Shown here in pieces: positions 1 to 9,132 of a stretch of 64,000 bases of DNA; position 1 is the first letter of the stretch, and each line of letters opens with the position of its first letter. The notes under the pieces were generated by a model. It saw only the letters and a program-made list of their open reading frames with translations, did no database searches and was not told where the DNA came from. The DNA is from Polyangiales bacterium. GTDB lineage: Bacteria; Myxococcota_A; Polyangia; Polyangiales; Polyangiaceae. A program made the position numbers and the translations under genes. The stretch covers positions 1 to 64,000 of the forward strand of contig JBBRNJ010000027.1 in the NCBI GenBank assembly GCA_038230375.1, read 5' to 3'.

Positions 1-73
1 GAGCGGGAGAAGGGATTCGAACCCTCGACGTCCACCTTGGCAAGGTGGCACTCTACCACTGAGTTACTCCCGC
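1..73 (-). tRNA. tRNA-Gly (GCC); 3' CCA runs off the window edge
   Basis: Reverse complement GCGGGAGTAACTCAGTGGTAGAGTGCCACCTTGCCAAGGTGGACGTCGAGGGTTCGAATCCCTTCTCCCGCTC: acceptor stem GCGGGAG/CTCCCGC, D-loop TGGTA, anticodon loop TTGCCAA, T-loop GTTCGAAT. Confidence 0.97.
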
Positions 74-182
74 GAGGGCCGCTAGGAATAGGCCAGACCC
101 CGGGGGCCGTCAAGGAGGTTTTTCCTCGGGTCGCGCGGGTTTCCGCGTTCTTCACCTCTTCGCCTCTTCCCCCGCTTCTCCT

Positions 183-1877
183 TCACTCTGCGACGTACGT
201 CACGTCCAGATCGTTCGCGTCGTCCGGATCGAGCTGCAGGAAGCCGTCGTCCTTTGGCTTCTTGAAACCCCACGCTGGCGTCTGCGTCTGTACGCAGCCG
301 CAGAACTCCGACGCTCGCGGATCCAGCTTCGGTAGCTGCTTCGCCTTCTCGCGGTTGTCCTCGTGCCACTTCGTCTTGCAGGTGGAGCCGACCACGCGCC
401 CGTCCTTCGTCCGCACCTTCAGCGACACCACGAGCTCGCCCTTCCACTTCTGCGAGCTCTGGAAGCACCGCTCGATGTCCGGGTAGTGCGACTGCGTGAC
501 CCTTGCTGCATCGGCCATGTCGAACTGACCGTCCACCTCGACGATGCCCTTCGAGAGATGCCCGTCGTTCGCGCTGCCCGCTCTTCCCGCAGAGCCCGCC
601 GGCGGCACCATCGCGGACCCTGGCGGCCTGGGCGTGGGCGCGGGCGTGGGTGCGGGCGTCTCGATGACGCTGGGCGGCTCGGCCGCCGTCTTTGTCTTCG
701 TGTCGTCGTCATCGCTCGTGAATGCATTCACGAGTGCGGCCACCCCCACCACGGCGATCACGCCGATCACCAGTACGATGCCGCCGATGATCGCGAGCAC
801 CATCATCACGATGCCCGCGCTGCTCGTCCTGGGCGTCCGGTTGGGCTGCGACTGCACGAACGGCGAGCTCGTGTTCTGCGGATACGCCGGCGGACCCGAC
901 GGCACATAGGGCGGCGCGCTCGGGCCTTGCGCCAGCGAGCCTGCGATGGGACTCACGCTCGCCCCCAGGGACGCGATCATCGCGGTGCCGTTCGGCGTGG
1001 TCGCGACAAGGAGCGCTTGCTCCAGCGCTGCACGCAGCTCGCCCGCATCGCGGTAGCGCGCTGTCGGGTAGACGCCCATCGCGCGATCGAGCACCTCGTG
1101 CAACGCCGGCGGAAGATCGGGCCGCTTCGACATCAGATGCGGACGCCCCGCGCCGCTCATCACCGCACGCAGCAGCGCGCCCACGTCGTCCGCGCCGCCG
1201 AACGCGCGCTCGAGCGTCGCGCACTCGAGGATGGTCAGCGCCACCGAATACACGTCCGTCGCGGGCGACGGCTGCGCGATGCTGGCATCCCACTGCTCCG
1301 GCGCCGCATAGAGCGGCGTGAACCCCGTGTTGCCCGCCGCCGCCTGGAAGGCAACCGCCTGCGAGCGCGCCGTTCCAAAGTCCAGGATCTTGGGCTCCTC
1401 TCGCCCCGGCGACGGCCGCGACAAAAGAATATTCGCCGGCTTGATGTCGCGATGCGTGACGCCGCGCGCATGCGCGAACGCGAGCCCCTCCAGCACGGGG
1501 TTGAAGATCGCGCGCAGCTCCGCGGCCGTGAAGTGCCTGCGCTGCGTGCGCCTGCTTGCGAGCTCCGCCTCCAGCGTGGGCCCCGACAAGAGCTCCAGCA
1601 CGACCCACGGCATGCGCGTGTTGCCGCGTGGGAGCTCGCCCACGTCGTACATGCGCACGATCGCCGGATGCGAGAGCGAGAAGAGGATGCGCGCCTCACG
1701 CACGAACTGCTCCGCCGCGCCGCTCTCCACCTTCAGGAACTTCACCGCGATGGGCGCGTTGAGGAGCAGATGCGTGCCGGCATAGACGACGCCATGACCG
1801 CCCTCGCCAAGCAGCCGCTCCACGCGGAATTTCTCCGCGAGCACCACGCCCATCATCCGAAGGGGATCGCTCACCAC
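183..1877 (-). CDS. Membrane-anchored Hanks-type Ser/Thr protein kinase with a C-terminal extracytoplasmic domain (AgmX/PglI-C-like, tentative)
   Basis: GEGGHGVVY, AVKFL, HRDIKPANI, DFG, YAAPEQ, DVYS motifs; TM helix IVMMVLAIIGGIVLVIGVIAVVGV; Pro-rich linker; C-terminal IERCF...FCGCV domain. Confidence 0.93.
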   Translation of the reverse strand: MVSDPLRMMGVVLAEKFRVERLLGEGGHGVVYAGTHLLLNAPIAVKFLKVESGAAEQFVREARILFSLSHPAIVRMYDVGELPRGNTRMPWVVLELLSGPTLEAELASRRTQRRHFTAAELRAIFNPVLEGLAFAHARGVTHRDIKPANILLSRPSPGREEPKILDFGTARSQAVAFQAAAGNTGFTPLYAAPEQWDASIAQPSPATDVYSVALTILECATLERAFGGADDVGALLRAVMSGAGRPHLMSKRPDLPPALHEVLDRAMGVYPTARYRDAGELRAALEQALLVATTPNGTAMIASLGASVSPIAGSLAQGPSAPPYVPSGPPAYPQNTSSPFVQSQPNRTPRTSSAGIVMMVLAIIGGIVLVIGVIAVVGVAALVNAFTSDDDDTKTKTAAEPPSVIETPAPTPAPTPRPPGSAMVPPAGSAGRAGSANDGHLSKGIVEVDGQFDMADAARVTQSHYPDIERCFQSSQKWKGELVVSLKVRTKDGRVVGSTCKTKWHEDNREKAKQLPKLDPRASEFCGCVQTQTPAWGFKKPKDDGFLQLDPDDANDLDVTYVAE

Positions 1878-2009
1878 GACTCCAGTATAGCGAAAAGACC
1901 TGGGCTTTGTGGTGTCCTACCTTGTAGGTGCGCGCACGCGTTCGTTTTTTCGCGCGGGGTGGGGAAGGAGCCCAGGGGGCACCACGTAGAGAGGGGGGTA
2001 ACCGCTCCC

Positions 2010-3584
2010 ATGACCCAACCCCGACGACCCACCGGCCCGCGCATCCAGAAGGTGTCGCAGAAGCGCGACTCCGCGTCGGCGAGCGCGTTGGACAGCGCGC
2101 CGGACAGCACGACGGGCATCCTCACCAAGGAGGACGCCACCATCATGCGTCGTCCCCCGCCGGACAGCGAGCCGCGTACGCTCATCGCGCGCGGGTGCGA
2201 CAGCGATCCGCGCACGCTCATCGCGAAGCCCCTGAGCGAGAGCGAGCCCGACGCGCCGCCGAGCAGCAACGGAGAAGGCCCCGCGACCGTCCTGTGGACG
2301 CGCGCGTCGGTCGAGGTGCGCGTGCGCGGACTGGTCACACCGCCGAGCGGCTCGCCGATCCCGACAGTCGAGCCGGTGCGCACGAAGGTCAGCGCACACG
2401 AGAGCGCGAAGCCGAGCCCCCGGAAGATCACGAAGCCCCCCGCGAAGATCCCTTTCCCGCCGCCCGGTGAGCCCGCTCGCGCCGCACCCGCCGCGCCCGT
2501 CGCGTTTCCCCCGCCCGCGCTCGAGACCATCTCGGTGCCCCGCAAGACGCCGCCCTCGTTCCGTCCCATGCCCTCCGCGTCCGCGCCGCCCGCCCCGCCG
2601 GTGCCCTCCACGTTCCCGCTCGGCCAGGCCCGGCCCGTCTCGCAGTCCCCGCCGGTGTCCGCGCACGTGGGCCTGACCCCGATGCAGAAGCTCCAGCTGC
2701 AGCAGGCCCAGGAGGCGCGGCAAGCGCAGCAAGCGCAGCAGGCGCAGCCGATGTCGCATCACCCGATGTCGCAGCAGCCGATGTCGCAGCAGCCGATGTC
2801 GCAGCACCCGATGTCGCAGCCGCATCCGATGTCGCAGCCCATGTCGCAGCAGCCGATGTTCGGGACGCATCCGTCGCAGCGCCCGATGCAGATGCAGGCG
2901 CCCTCGGCCATGTACGGTTCGATCGCGCCCGTCGCGGTGGACCCGAGCTCCGCCAACATGTCGTTCGGGCCCATGGCGCAGCAGCCTTCGTCCGAGGTCG
3001 GCAGCACGATCGCAAAGCTCGCCGCCGTGTTCGTGTTCGCGGCGATCGGGCTCTTCATCCTCCGCGGCTCGGTGTTCGGCACGTCCACCACCCCCACGCC
3101 GGATGCGCCGCAGACCGCCGCTGCGGCTCAGCCCCAGATCGCGACCCAGGCGCCGCCCTCGCAGCCCATGGCGATCCCCTCCGCTTGGATCGCGCCCGCG
3201 ACGACGACCGTGGTACCGCAGACTGTCTCCACGACGACCGCCACGACCACCAGCGATGGCACCGTTGCCGTGACGCCCGTGAAGAAGAGGGCCGCAAAGA
3301 AGCAGGCCGCCGCCGCGCCCGCCGCGCCTCCCCCCGCGCCGATCGATCTCCCGAACGAGATGCCCGAGGCGGATCCGGTCGCCCCCACGACCGCGCCCAC
3401 GCCCATCCCCGCTCCCACCAGCGCGACGCCCGCGCCCGTCAACGCGACGCCCGCGCCCGCCAACGCGACGCCCACCCTGAAGAACATGCCCACCAAGGGG
3501 ACGACCGGGCCGTCCAAGAACGAGGGCGAGGCCGCGCAGCTGACGCTGGATCAGGCGAAGTTCGAGACGACCGACTCGCTGTAA
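2010..3584 (+). CDS. Low-complexity Pro/Gln/Thr-rich single-pass membrane protein
   Basis: ATG at 2010 (MTQPRRP) after a GAGAGGGGGG tract; one TM (LAAVFVFAAIGLFIL); the ORF-track extension to 363 is antisense shadow of the kinase. Confidence 0.75.
   Translation: MTQPRRPTGPRIQKVSQKRDSASASALDSAPDSTTGILTKEDATIMRRPPPDSEPRTLIARGCDSDPRTLIAKPLSESEPDAPPSSNGEGPATVLWTRASVEVRVRGLVTPPSGSPIPTVEPVRTKVSAHESAKPSPRKITKPPAKIPFPPPGEPARAAPAAPVAFPPPALETISVPRKTPPSFRPMPSASAPPAPPVPSTFPLGQARPVSQSPPVSAHVGLTPMQKLQLQQAQEARQAQQAQQAQPMSHHPMSQQPMSQQPMSQHPMSQPHPMSQPMSQQPMFGTHPSQRPMQMQAPSAMYGSIAPVAVDPSSANMSFGPMAQQPSSEVGSTIAKLAAVFVFAAIGLFILRGSVFGTSTTPTPDAPQTAAAAQPQIATQAPPSQPMAIPSAWIAPATTTVVPQTVSTTTATTTSDGTVAVTPVKKRAAKKQAAAAPAAPPPAPIDLPNEMPEADPVAPTTAPTPIPAPTSATPAPVNATPAPANATPTLKNMPTKGTTGPSKNEGEAAQLTLDQAKFETTDSL
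2748..2858 (+). repeat. Coding tandem repeat, about 15-bp unit CCGATGTCGCAGCA(G/C), encoding PMSQQ/PMSQH
   Basis: About 7 imperfect copies visible in DNA and protein. Confidence 0.9.
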
Positions 3585-3610
3585 ACTGCACGCAGTTCGC
3601 AGCGCGCGCG

Positions 3611-4912
3611 TCAGCGAAGGCCGTTCAGATAGTCCACGATCGCCGCGGTCTCGTTCACTGCACGGGGCGCGATCATCGGCTGGTCGTCCTTGTAGCTGAA
3701 GATGTGGATGTTGACGCCGTTGAGCGCATCCTTCTGCGGCGTCGTGATCGCCAGGTCCTGGGGCGCGATCCACTTCGATGTGATGGCGAACGCGTTGGCG
3801 TTGCCGACCGCAGTCAGGCCGAGCGCCTGACCCGTGAGCGCGCGCGAGGGCGAGGCCATGTGGCAGCTCGCGCAGTCAATGGTGTTGGGCGAGTGCCTGT
3901 CCGGGTTCTCGATGCGCAGCGCGGAGTCGAACGCGGCTTGCTGCAAGCTCTTCGTGACGTCTTGCGCCTCCATGACGTTGCCAAGGAGCTGCATGTCGTC
4001 CTTCGACGTGGTGGTCGGATTGAACTGCCCTTCCAGATCATCCGCGAACCCCTGGAAGAACGTCACGGAGGTCGCGTCCGTCGACACGTTCGGGATCTTC
4101 ATGTCCGTGGTCTTGCCGGACGCGACATCGAAGCCGGAGAAGATCCATGTGCGGTTCGCGTTGCCGACCTGGACGCGCGTGAAGCGGAAGAAGTTCGACT
4201 CGCCCGCGTGCGCGAGCACCAGCTTCCTGAGGCCCGTCATGAACGGCCCGCTCACGCCCTCGCGCGCAGCGATCGGATGCACGGCGAGCGGGCCCAGGTC
4301 GAGCGAGCCGCTGCCGGAGGCTGCGCGGAGAGCCTTGATCGCGGAGGCGATCGATACGAGCTCCTCGCGCGTGAGCAAGTAGAACGCGTGCACGCCCGTA
4401 TCCACGGCCTTCACGTTGCCGTCCGCATCGTTGAAGAATGGCTGCATCACCAGGCGCATCTGGTTCTGACAGGAGCCAACGTCAGTGACGGGGCCGATGT
4501 TCGCGAAGCAAGGGTCGAGTCTGATCGCCACGACGCGCAGCCCCGCATGAGGGACCGGAAGCGCGCCGCCGGGCGAGGGGCCGCTGTCCGGATCCTCACC
4601 GGTCGCGGAGTCGTAGATCGCTCGCGGCAGAAGCACACCACCGCGCGCCGCGTCGCTCGCCTTGATATAGAGATCGCCCTCCGCGGGGTTCTTCGGAAGC
4701 GGCAGCAAGATCGACACGTCGTTCATCTGGATGGTCGCCGGATCGATGGGGCGAGGAGGACCCGCATCGAAGCCACCACCGCCACCGTCCGTCGTCTGAT
4801 CGCCACCATCAGAAGGCGTCGACTGCGTGATGGAGCCACTGCCGCCGCTGCAAGCAGCCACGAGCCCGGTGACGGAGAGGACGCCCGCGAGAAGAAGAAT
4901 AGACCGGGTCAT
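3611..4912 (-). CDS. Lipoprotein with one CxxCH motif (putative mono-heme c protein)
   Basis: MTRSILLLAG...LVAA-C lipobox; C-terminal DCASCHM. Confidence 0.75.
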   Translation of the reverse strand: MTRSILLLAGVLSVTGLVAACSGGSGSITQSTPSDGGDQTTDGGGGGFDAGPPRPIDPATIQMNDVSILLPLPKNPAEGDLYIKASDAARGGVLLPRAIYDSATGEDPDSGPSPGGALPVPHAGLRVVAIRLDPCFANIGPVTDVGSCQNQMRLVMQPFFNDADGNVKAVDTGVHAFYLLTREELVSIASAIKALRAASGSGSLDLGPLAVHPIAAREGVSGPFMTGLRKLVLAHAGESNFFRFTRVQVGNANRTWIFSGFDVASGKTTDMKIPNVSTDATSVTFFQGFADDLEGQFNPTTTSKDDMQLLGNVMEAQDVTKSLQQAAFDSALRIENPDRHSPNTIDCASCHMASPSRALTGQALGLTAVGNANAFAITSKWIAPQDLAITTPQKDALNGVNIHIFSYKDDQPMIAPRAVNETAAIVDYLNGLR

Positions 4913-4924
4913 GCAAAGCGCCCG

Positions 4925-4940
4925 AGCAAGACCCGCACCA
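4925..4940 (-). promoter_or_regulatory. Sigma-54 (-24/-12) promoter of the CxxCH lipoprotein gene
   Basis: Minus strand TGGTGCGGGTCTTGCT has exact GG-N10-GC spacing and ends 12 nt before the ATG. Confidence 0.65.
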
Positions 4941-5027
4941 CATCTCGCACCCGGCAAATCACGGCGTTTTCATCCCCATCAGAGAGATATGCCGGACATC
5001 AGCACCACACCCTGACACACGATGGCA

Positions 5028-5091
5028 CGACGACTTCGACCCCGACCTCGACCTCGACCCCGACTTCGACCTCGACCTCGACCTCGACCTC
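5028..5091. repeat. Intergenic hexamer microsatellite (CGACCT/CGACCC/CGACTT, about 10 units)
   Basis: CGACGACTTCGACCCCGACCTCGACCTCGACCCCGACTTCGACCTCGACCTCGACCTCGACCTC abutting the stop codon at 5093. Confidence 0.92.
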
Positions 5092-5092
5092 T

Positions 5093-5809
5093 TCAGAGGT
5101 ACGTCATGGCCTGTTCGAGCGCTGTCTTCGCTTCGGTGCCCTTCGCAATCTTGTCGTGCGAGACGATCAGGCGGACGAGATCTGGCAGCGCTGCGAAGCG
5201 CGCGAAGTTCTCTCGCAGCGCTTGCTTGTCGTTGATGAGGAGCAGCTTGCCAAGGCGCGAGACCCGCGGGCCCGGCGCGGAGCCGAACAGGCTGCAGATG
5301 AGCCAGCCCATGAAGTCCGTGGGCATCTCCATGTTGAACATGGCGTCGTTCAGGACGACGGTCGTGCCGTCGGAGGAGCGCACGGTCATCGCGCCCTCCG
5401 AGTCCTTCACGCCGTCGAGCAGCTGGAGGCCCACGGAGTCGTCGCCCTCGAAGTCCTCGTAGACCAGGTCCACGGGCACGAGCGCCTCGATCTTCTTGCG
5501 CGAGCCCTTCGGCGCGACCACCTTGAGCTCCGGGTAGCGCTTCTTCCACGCGGGCGCGTCCAGCCGATGCATGGCGTTCGGCACCACCAGGAACGTGAGC
5601 GTGCCCCACGCCTCGATCTGCGTCATCGCGTCTTCGTCGAGCGAGATCGCATTGTGGACGATCACGCGACGGTCCTTCATGCGCGTCAGCGTCATCGCTC
5701 GCTTGAGCGACATCCCCGGCACCGACCCCCAGCAATGCCAGAGGTTCTCCGCGAGCTTCTCGATCGGCCCGTGCGGTAGAACCGTCCACGCATCCGTAAC
5801 CTTCGCCAT
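5093..5809 (-). CDS. DUF4336-like metallo-beta-lactamase-fold protein
   Basis: RAMTLTRM..VIVHNAI, VVPNAMHRLD, VLNDAMFN, LIVSHD motifs typical of this family. Confidence 0.7.
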   Translation of the reverse strand: MAKVTDAWTVLPHGPIEKLAENLWHCWGSVPGMSLKRAMTLTRMKDRRVIVHNAISLDEDAMTQIEAWGTLTFLVVPNAMHRLDAPAWKKRYPELKVVAPKGSRKKIEALVPVDLVYEDFEGDDSVGLQLLDGVKDSEGAMTVRSSDGTTVVLNDAMFNMEMPTDFMGWLICSLFGSAPGPRVSRLGKLLLINDKQALRENFARFAALPDLVRLIVSHDKIAKGTEAKTALEQAMTYL

Positions 5810-5884
5810 GGGCGGAGCTTAGCCAGCTCGAGCCCATTGTGACAGAGCGTTGCGGAGGCCTGGTTTTCTGGTAGGAACGGCCCC

Positions 5885-6118
5885 ATGGCCAAGGTGATGC
5901 CCAAGACCGTCGACAGGTCGATCGTCCGCATGGTGGCGATGAAGCGCATCGCCAAGGGCTGCTCCAGCCTCATCGCCGGCGCCGTCATGATCTACCTGAC
6001 CGTCCAGCACGGCGGCGGGCCCACGCCGCTGATGGGACTAGGGCTCGTGCTCCTCTGGGGCGGCGGAGCATGGACCCTCCGCGATGGCCTCCGCCTGCGA
6101 GGCCAGCTGAAGGCCTGA
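5885..6118 (+). CDS. Small two-TM membrane protein (77 aa)
   Basis: ATG start, two hydrophobic segments, GC3-biased codons. Confidence 0.65.
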   Translation: MAKVMPKTVDRSIVRMVAMKRIAKGCSSLIAGAVMIYLTVQHGGGPTPLMGLGLVLLWGGGAWTLRDGLRLRGQLKA

Positions 6119-6195
6119 CTCGGGGTCGCGCGTTCGCGCCAACCGTGTGCGCGCGCGAGCTGTCGGAGCCGTCTCGCGATCGGGTCGCAAAAACA

Positions 6196-6279
6196 GTACA
6201 CCTGCGGGGTGAACATTTGTGGGCGATTCTCGCGAAAAGACAGGGGATTTCCTCGCCGAGGTACACCTCGGAGGTGAAC
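6196..6279. repeat. Two direct copies of a 19-bp quasi-palindrome GTACACCT-N4-GGTGAAC in a convergent intergenic region
   Basis: 6196-6214 GTACACCTGCGGGGTGAAC and 6261-6279 GTACACCTCGGAGGTGAAC. Confidence 0.75.
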
Positions 6280-6343
6280 CTGGAGGATCAGAGTTTTGAG
6301 AAGGGCTCCCTGGCATGTGCGCGCCGTCCGTTCCCGGTCCCGC

Positions 6344-8314
6344 CTAGAACCCCATGTCCCGCCGCCCGCTACCGGGCTTCGGATCGTGCACGCCCTGATT
6401 GTTTCCCGTCGCGCGTGCGCCACCGCCGCCCGCCATGCAGGCCGTCGTATCGCTGATCAGTGTAGAATACACCTTCTCATCCGAGGGATGCTGCTGCACC
6501 CAGCGCTGGAGGTACGCCTTCAGCTTCCCGAGCTCCCCGTTCGCCTTCTCGCCGCAGAACAGCTGGGTGAGGTCCTGGACGAAGAGGTAGGGGTCGCGCT
6601 GCCGGAACCGCCGAACGCCGTCGTCCCCCATGAACGCATCCAGCTTTGGCGAGAGGACGTCCATGCGCGAGAAGCCAGGCGCGAGCAGCGGCCAGATCAG
6701 GTGCACGAGGGCCAGCGCGCGCGGCCCGTGAGACAGGTAGCGCGCGAAGTCCGACGCGCCGAGCGCGCCGCCGCTGTTCTTCGCCCATGTGGCCCACGGC
6801 ACCTTGCCGTTGTCGTACTGATCGAGATTGGCGAGCAGGTAGGCAAGCGAGCCGCGGCGATCCGGATAGGCCTTCCACAGGCGGCGCGCCTCGTCCTGGA
6901 GCGTGCCGTCGTCCGTGGTGCCGATCTCCTCCGCGAAGGCCTTCGTGGCGGCGGTCCACGCGGGATCGTTCGGCTCCAGGCCGCGCCAGAAGAACATCTG
7001 TGCGTCGCGGCCGTCCGCGTCCCGCACACCGATGTAGTTCCGGATCAACGTCTCTGCGATGTACGGATCCTTTGCGGTCACCACCCACGACAGCAGCCGG
7101 TCCTTGTTCTGCGGCGACTCGAGCGCGACGCGATAGAGATCTTCCTCGCAGTGCGGGCCGATGTGGCCACCCTGCGCGTCGATCTCGCGCGGGCACGCCA
7201 CAAACTGGAAGAGCGCCGTTTTTGCGTCGTCGCCCGCGACGTGCGCCGGATGCCCCGCCTTCACCCACTCCTGGAACACGGGCTCCATGAGGTCCATCGG
7301 CGACAGGCCGGGGAACGCGAACGTCACATAGCGATGCGTCCCCTCGCGGTTCTGCGTGAAGGGCCGCACGTGGACCAGCTTGAGCGTTCGCAGGCGCTCC
7401 TTGTCGTTCATGTGCGGGTACCAGGCCTTGAGCCACGCCACCAACCCCGCCTCCGCACGCCTGAAATCCGAGTCCTTGCCTGCCAGCGGCACCACGCTTC
7501 CGTGATGCATGTACGCCTGCGGGAAGTAGTCCGCTTCCTGCAGGAGCCATTCGTTCACCTCGGCGGCGATCTTCGGGGACCGCACCTTCTGCTGGAATGC
7601 GAGCACCTTGAGGATGCGCGTCGCGCGCTCGTCCGCGTTGATGGCCGCTTCTGTCGTGAGCTCCTGGTTCCTGGGGCGCCACGAGTGGGCGACCCACCGG
7701 AAGTAGAGCGTCTCGTCCGCCTCGGACACGGAGGAGGCGCTCTCGAAGCGCTTCTTCAGCGCGTCCTCGAACGCGTCCTGCAGGCCGCGATAGACCGCGC
7801 CGCGGCCCACGAGCTCGCCCGAGCGCGCGGGGACATTGATGTCGAGCGTGCCCTTGTCGATCGCGAAGACGGGCTTCGGATACTTCGCGACCACGTCGTA
7901 CGAGCACGCGATCCTGGTGAGCTTGGCGACCGTGCCTTCGAAGGCCTCCTTGTCGTCGTGCCTCAAGGCATCCAGATCCTTCGCGGTGTTCTCGATCGAG
8001 GAGATGAGCGCCTCCTCGAACGAGGCCTGGTACTCCGGCAGCAACGCAGCATCGAACTGGTAACCGATGGCGTGCCCGGCGATCTGCGTGAGCTGGTTCG
8101 ACGCGGCGATGAGCCGTGCGCTGCGCGGGTCGAACGGGAGACGGTCCGGCTCACGCGTGAACGTCACATACACATTCGTGGTGTAGATGACGTTGCCAGG
8201 CGTCTTCGGCTCAGCGCCATTTCCTCCGCCACCACCACCGCCGCACCCCACGCCCGCACCGGCGCAGAGAAGCACCGCGAGCCCGAGGTGGCGCAAGCGA
8301 ACGGGCGCTCGCAT
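6344..8314 (-). CDS. Hypothetical lipoprotein (656 aa)
   Basis: Signal peptide with GVG-C followed by poly-Gly; normal globular composition; starts next to the SDR stop. Confidence 0.75.
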   Translation of the reverse strand: MRAPVRLRHLGLAVLLCAGAGVGCGGGGGGGNGAEPKTPGNVIYTTNVYVTFTREPDRLPFDPRSARLIAASNQLTQIAGHAIGYQFDAALLPEYQASFEEALISSIENTAKDLDALRHDDKEAFEGTVAKLTRIACSYDVVAKYPKPVFAIDKGTLDINVPARSGELVGRGAVYRGLQDAFEDALKKRFESASSVSEADETLYFRWVAHSWRPRNQELTTEAAINADERATRILKVLAFQQKVRSPKIAAEVNEWLLQEADYFPQAYMHHGSVVPLAGKDSDFRRAEAGLVAWLKAWYPHMNDKERLRTLKLVHVRPFTQNREGTHRYVTFAFPGLSPMDLMEPVFQEWVKAGHPAHVAGDDAKTALFQFVACPREIDAQGGHIGPHCEEDLYRVALESPQNKDRLLSWVVTAKDPYIAETLIRNYIGVRDADGRDAQMFFWRGLEPNDPAWTAATKAFAEEIGTTDDGTLQDEARRLWKAYPDRRGSLAYLLANLDQYDNGKVPWATWAKNSGGALGASDFARYLSHGPRALALVHLIWPLLAPGFSRMDVLSPKLDAFMGDDGVRRFRQRDPYLFVQDLTQLFCGEKANGELGKLKAYLQRWVQQHPSDEKVYSTLISDTTACMAGGGGARATGNNQGVHDPKPGSGRRDMGF

Positions 8315-8315
8315 G

Positions 8316-9107
8316 TCAGCGCACGTCGCGCTGGGCGGACATCATCTGCTTGGAGACGTCGTGGCCACCAAAGTTCTTCTGGATGCCCGCAACGAGCGAG
8401 GGCGAGATCGCAGCGAGCAGCGCGCCGAAGCGCTGGTCGAACGCAGCAACGTCCGCCTCGCCGATGTTCTTGGCGATGCAGCGGTGAACCGCATTTGCCA
8501 CGTCCTCCGGCGACCTGGTGCCGACGACGCCCGGGAGCTTCACGCCCGTCTTGGCGAACATGCCTGCATCCCGGATGAAGCCCGGGAACACGGTGGAGAC
8601 GCCAACGCCCTTCTCCGCGAGCTCCTCGCGCAGCGCCAGCGCAAAGCCACGCATGCCGAACTTGGTTGCAGAATACATGCTTGTCCCGAGCGAGGCGACC
8701 TTGCCCGAGATGCTCGAGATGAAGACAATGTGGCCAGAGCCGCGCTCCACCATCTGCTTGCCGAAGTGGTGCGCCATGACGATGGGCACGCGCAGGTTCA
8801 CGTCCAGGGCGCGGTTCACGAACTCTTCGTCGAACTCGAGGAACAACCCGCTTGCGGGGAGCGCGGCGTTCAGGACCGCGATGTCCACCTGGCCGGCCTC
8901 TTCGTGGAGGCGCTTCACGTCCTCGGGCTTGGCAAGGTCTGCGAGGATCATCTTTGCGCCGAGCTTCTCGCAGACGGGCGCGAGCGCGTCCTTGCGCCGG
9001 CCCGAGAGGATGAGGCTGGCCCCCGCCTTCTTCAGGCGCGTGGCCATGGCTTCTCCGAGACCCCCGTTGGCGCCGGTGATCAGCGCAACCTTTCCTTCGA
9101 TCTGCAT
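8316..9107 (-). CDS. Short-chain dehydrogenase/reductase (SDR)
   Basis: MQIEGKVALITGANGGLG, LNAA, ISS, YSATK catalytic motif. Confidence 0.92.
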   Translation of the reverse strand: MQIEGKVALITGANGGLGEAMATRLKKAGASLILSGRRKDALAPVCEKLGAKMILADLAKPEDVKRLHEEAGQVDIAVLNAALPASGLFLEFDEEFVNRALDVNLRVPIVMAHHFGKQMVERGSGHIVFISSISGKVASLGTSMYSATKFGMRGFALALREELAEKGVGVSTVFPGFIRDAGMFAKTGVKLPGVVGTRSPEDVANAVHRCIAKNIGEADVAAFDQRFGALLAAISPSLVAGIQKNFGGHDVSKQMMSAQRDVR

Positions 9108-9132
9108 GGAACGGGGGGTAGCGCCTCGGGGA

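Noticed and set aside
1..200. tRNA-Gly as an integration site of a prophage or island
   Set aside because: The tRNA 3' end points out of the window; no integrase or duplicated tRNA 3' end seen inside
5028..5091. Repeat tracts as a CRISPR array
   Set aside because: Contiguous hexamers without spacers; no cas genes; the 6196-6279 pair has only two 19-bp copies
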